64,000 nucleotides of DNA from Raillietiella orientalis (Eukaryota). Within the stretch, counting starts at the first letter, position 1. The number at the start of each line of letters is the position of its first letter. The stretch is taken from NCBI GenBank assembly GCA_036172245.1, contig JAYWIR010000036.1, positions 1,364,001 through 1,428,000 on the forward strand, read 5' to 3'. Made by a program: the position numbers and the translations under genes. Of the stretch, positions 63,533-64,000 are shown in pieces. The notes under the pieces are model-generated. The model had not been told where the DNA came from and did not search any database. It saw nothing but the letters and a program-made list of their open reading frames with translations.

Positions 63533-63946
63533 ATGCTGAAGGAGACCCTCCCAGAGTCCCTGCCGCTACCGATTCACAGGGTTCTGAGCTCGCGGAAGTT
63601 TGCCCGCTTCGCGAAGAAGGTGCGAAGCGCGGATGTCGTCAAGAGAGCTGCCGGCGTGACCGCCGAGTTGGCTGCACTGCGGAGAGCGGACCACGTATAT
63701 ACCGTAGGGCAGCTGTTCGCGAACTGCATGCTCGACAACTACTTCGTGTTCAACCTTCACGAAGACACGTTTGGAGGACACCCCTATGACAACGCTTACC
63801 TGATCCACCTCGTCATGACTACGTACGCATTCAGGCAACACAACGGCCTTGACACCATGGAACGGACGAAGGGCAAGGGGGGGTCTTCCTCGGTAGACCT
63901 GCAGCCCAACAAAACAAACCTTTCGTCCACTCCACCATCCCGCTGA
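63533..63946 (+). CDS. Highly divergent BAF-like protein, copy A' (137 aa; possibly decaying)
   Basis: VLSSRKFARFAKKVRSADVVKRAAGVTAELAALRRADHVYTVGQL...FVFNL...DNAYLIHL is colinear with copy A. The position matching A's start codon is ATA (63491-63493), followed by an in-frame TAG (63512-63514). No AATAAA in the 54 nt left in the window. Confidence 0.6.
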   Translation: MLKETLPESLPLPIHRVLSSRKFARFAKKVRSADVVKRAAGVTAELAALRRADHVYTVGQLFANCMLDNYFVFNLHEDTFGGHPYDNAYLIHLVMTTYAFRQHNGLDTMERTKGKGGSSSVDLQPNKTNLSSTPPSR

Positions 63947-64000
63947 TTCCATTTCCAGTGGTCGAAGCGAAAGCAACCGCAGCCGGGGTCCCGCGGCAAC

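Noticed and set aside
1408..63946. Functional clustering of chromatin genes (Bre1, ING, SARNP, BAF-like)
   Set aside because: No shared regulatory evidence in the sequence. Adjacency of nuclear housekeeping genes can be coincidental.

Overview
Eukaryotic genomic DNA, most likely from an arthropod (inferred from the Bre1/ING protein sequences and spliceosomal GT-AG introns). The left three-quarters holds three conserved, intron-rich nuclear genes, all on the minus strand and reconstructed exon by exon: Bre1/RNF20-40 (16 coding exons, ~935 aa), ING4/5 (5 exons, 244 aa) and SARNP/CIP29/Tho1 (7 exons, 260 aa). It also holds an orphan coiled-coil ORF (39381-40658) and a diverged repeat pair at 35.8-37.7 kb. 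Several introns are only 41-53 nt. The main finding is at 50.4-64 kb: a GC/CpG-rich locus with six divergent barrier-to-autointegration factor (BAF/BANF1)-like genes in mirror order, A(-) B(-) C(+) | C'(-) B'(+) A'(+). They sit around a 1728-bp inverted repeat (50809-52536 / 61765-63492; 25 mismatches and no indels by hand count). B and B' lie inside the arms and are nearly identical. A/A' and C/C' are strongly diverged mirror partners. This looks like an old gene palindrome whose centre is still being homogenised. By manual alignment, none of the six proteins keeps the residue equivalent to human BAF Gly47 (dimer interface). All family assignments come from recognising motifs by eye; no database search was run.
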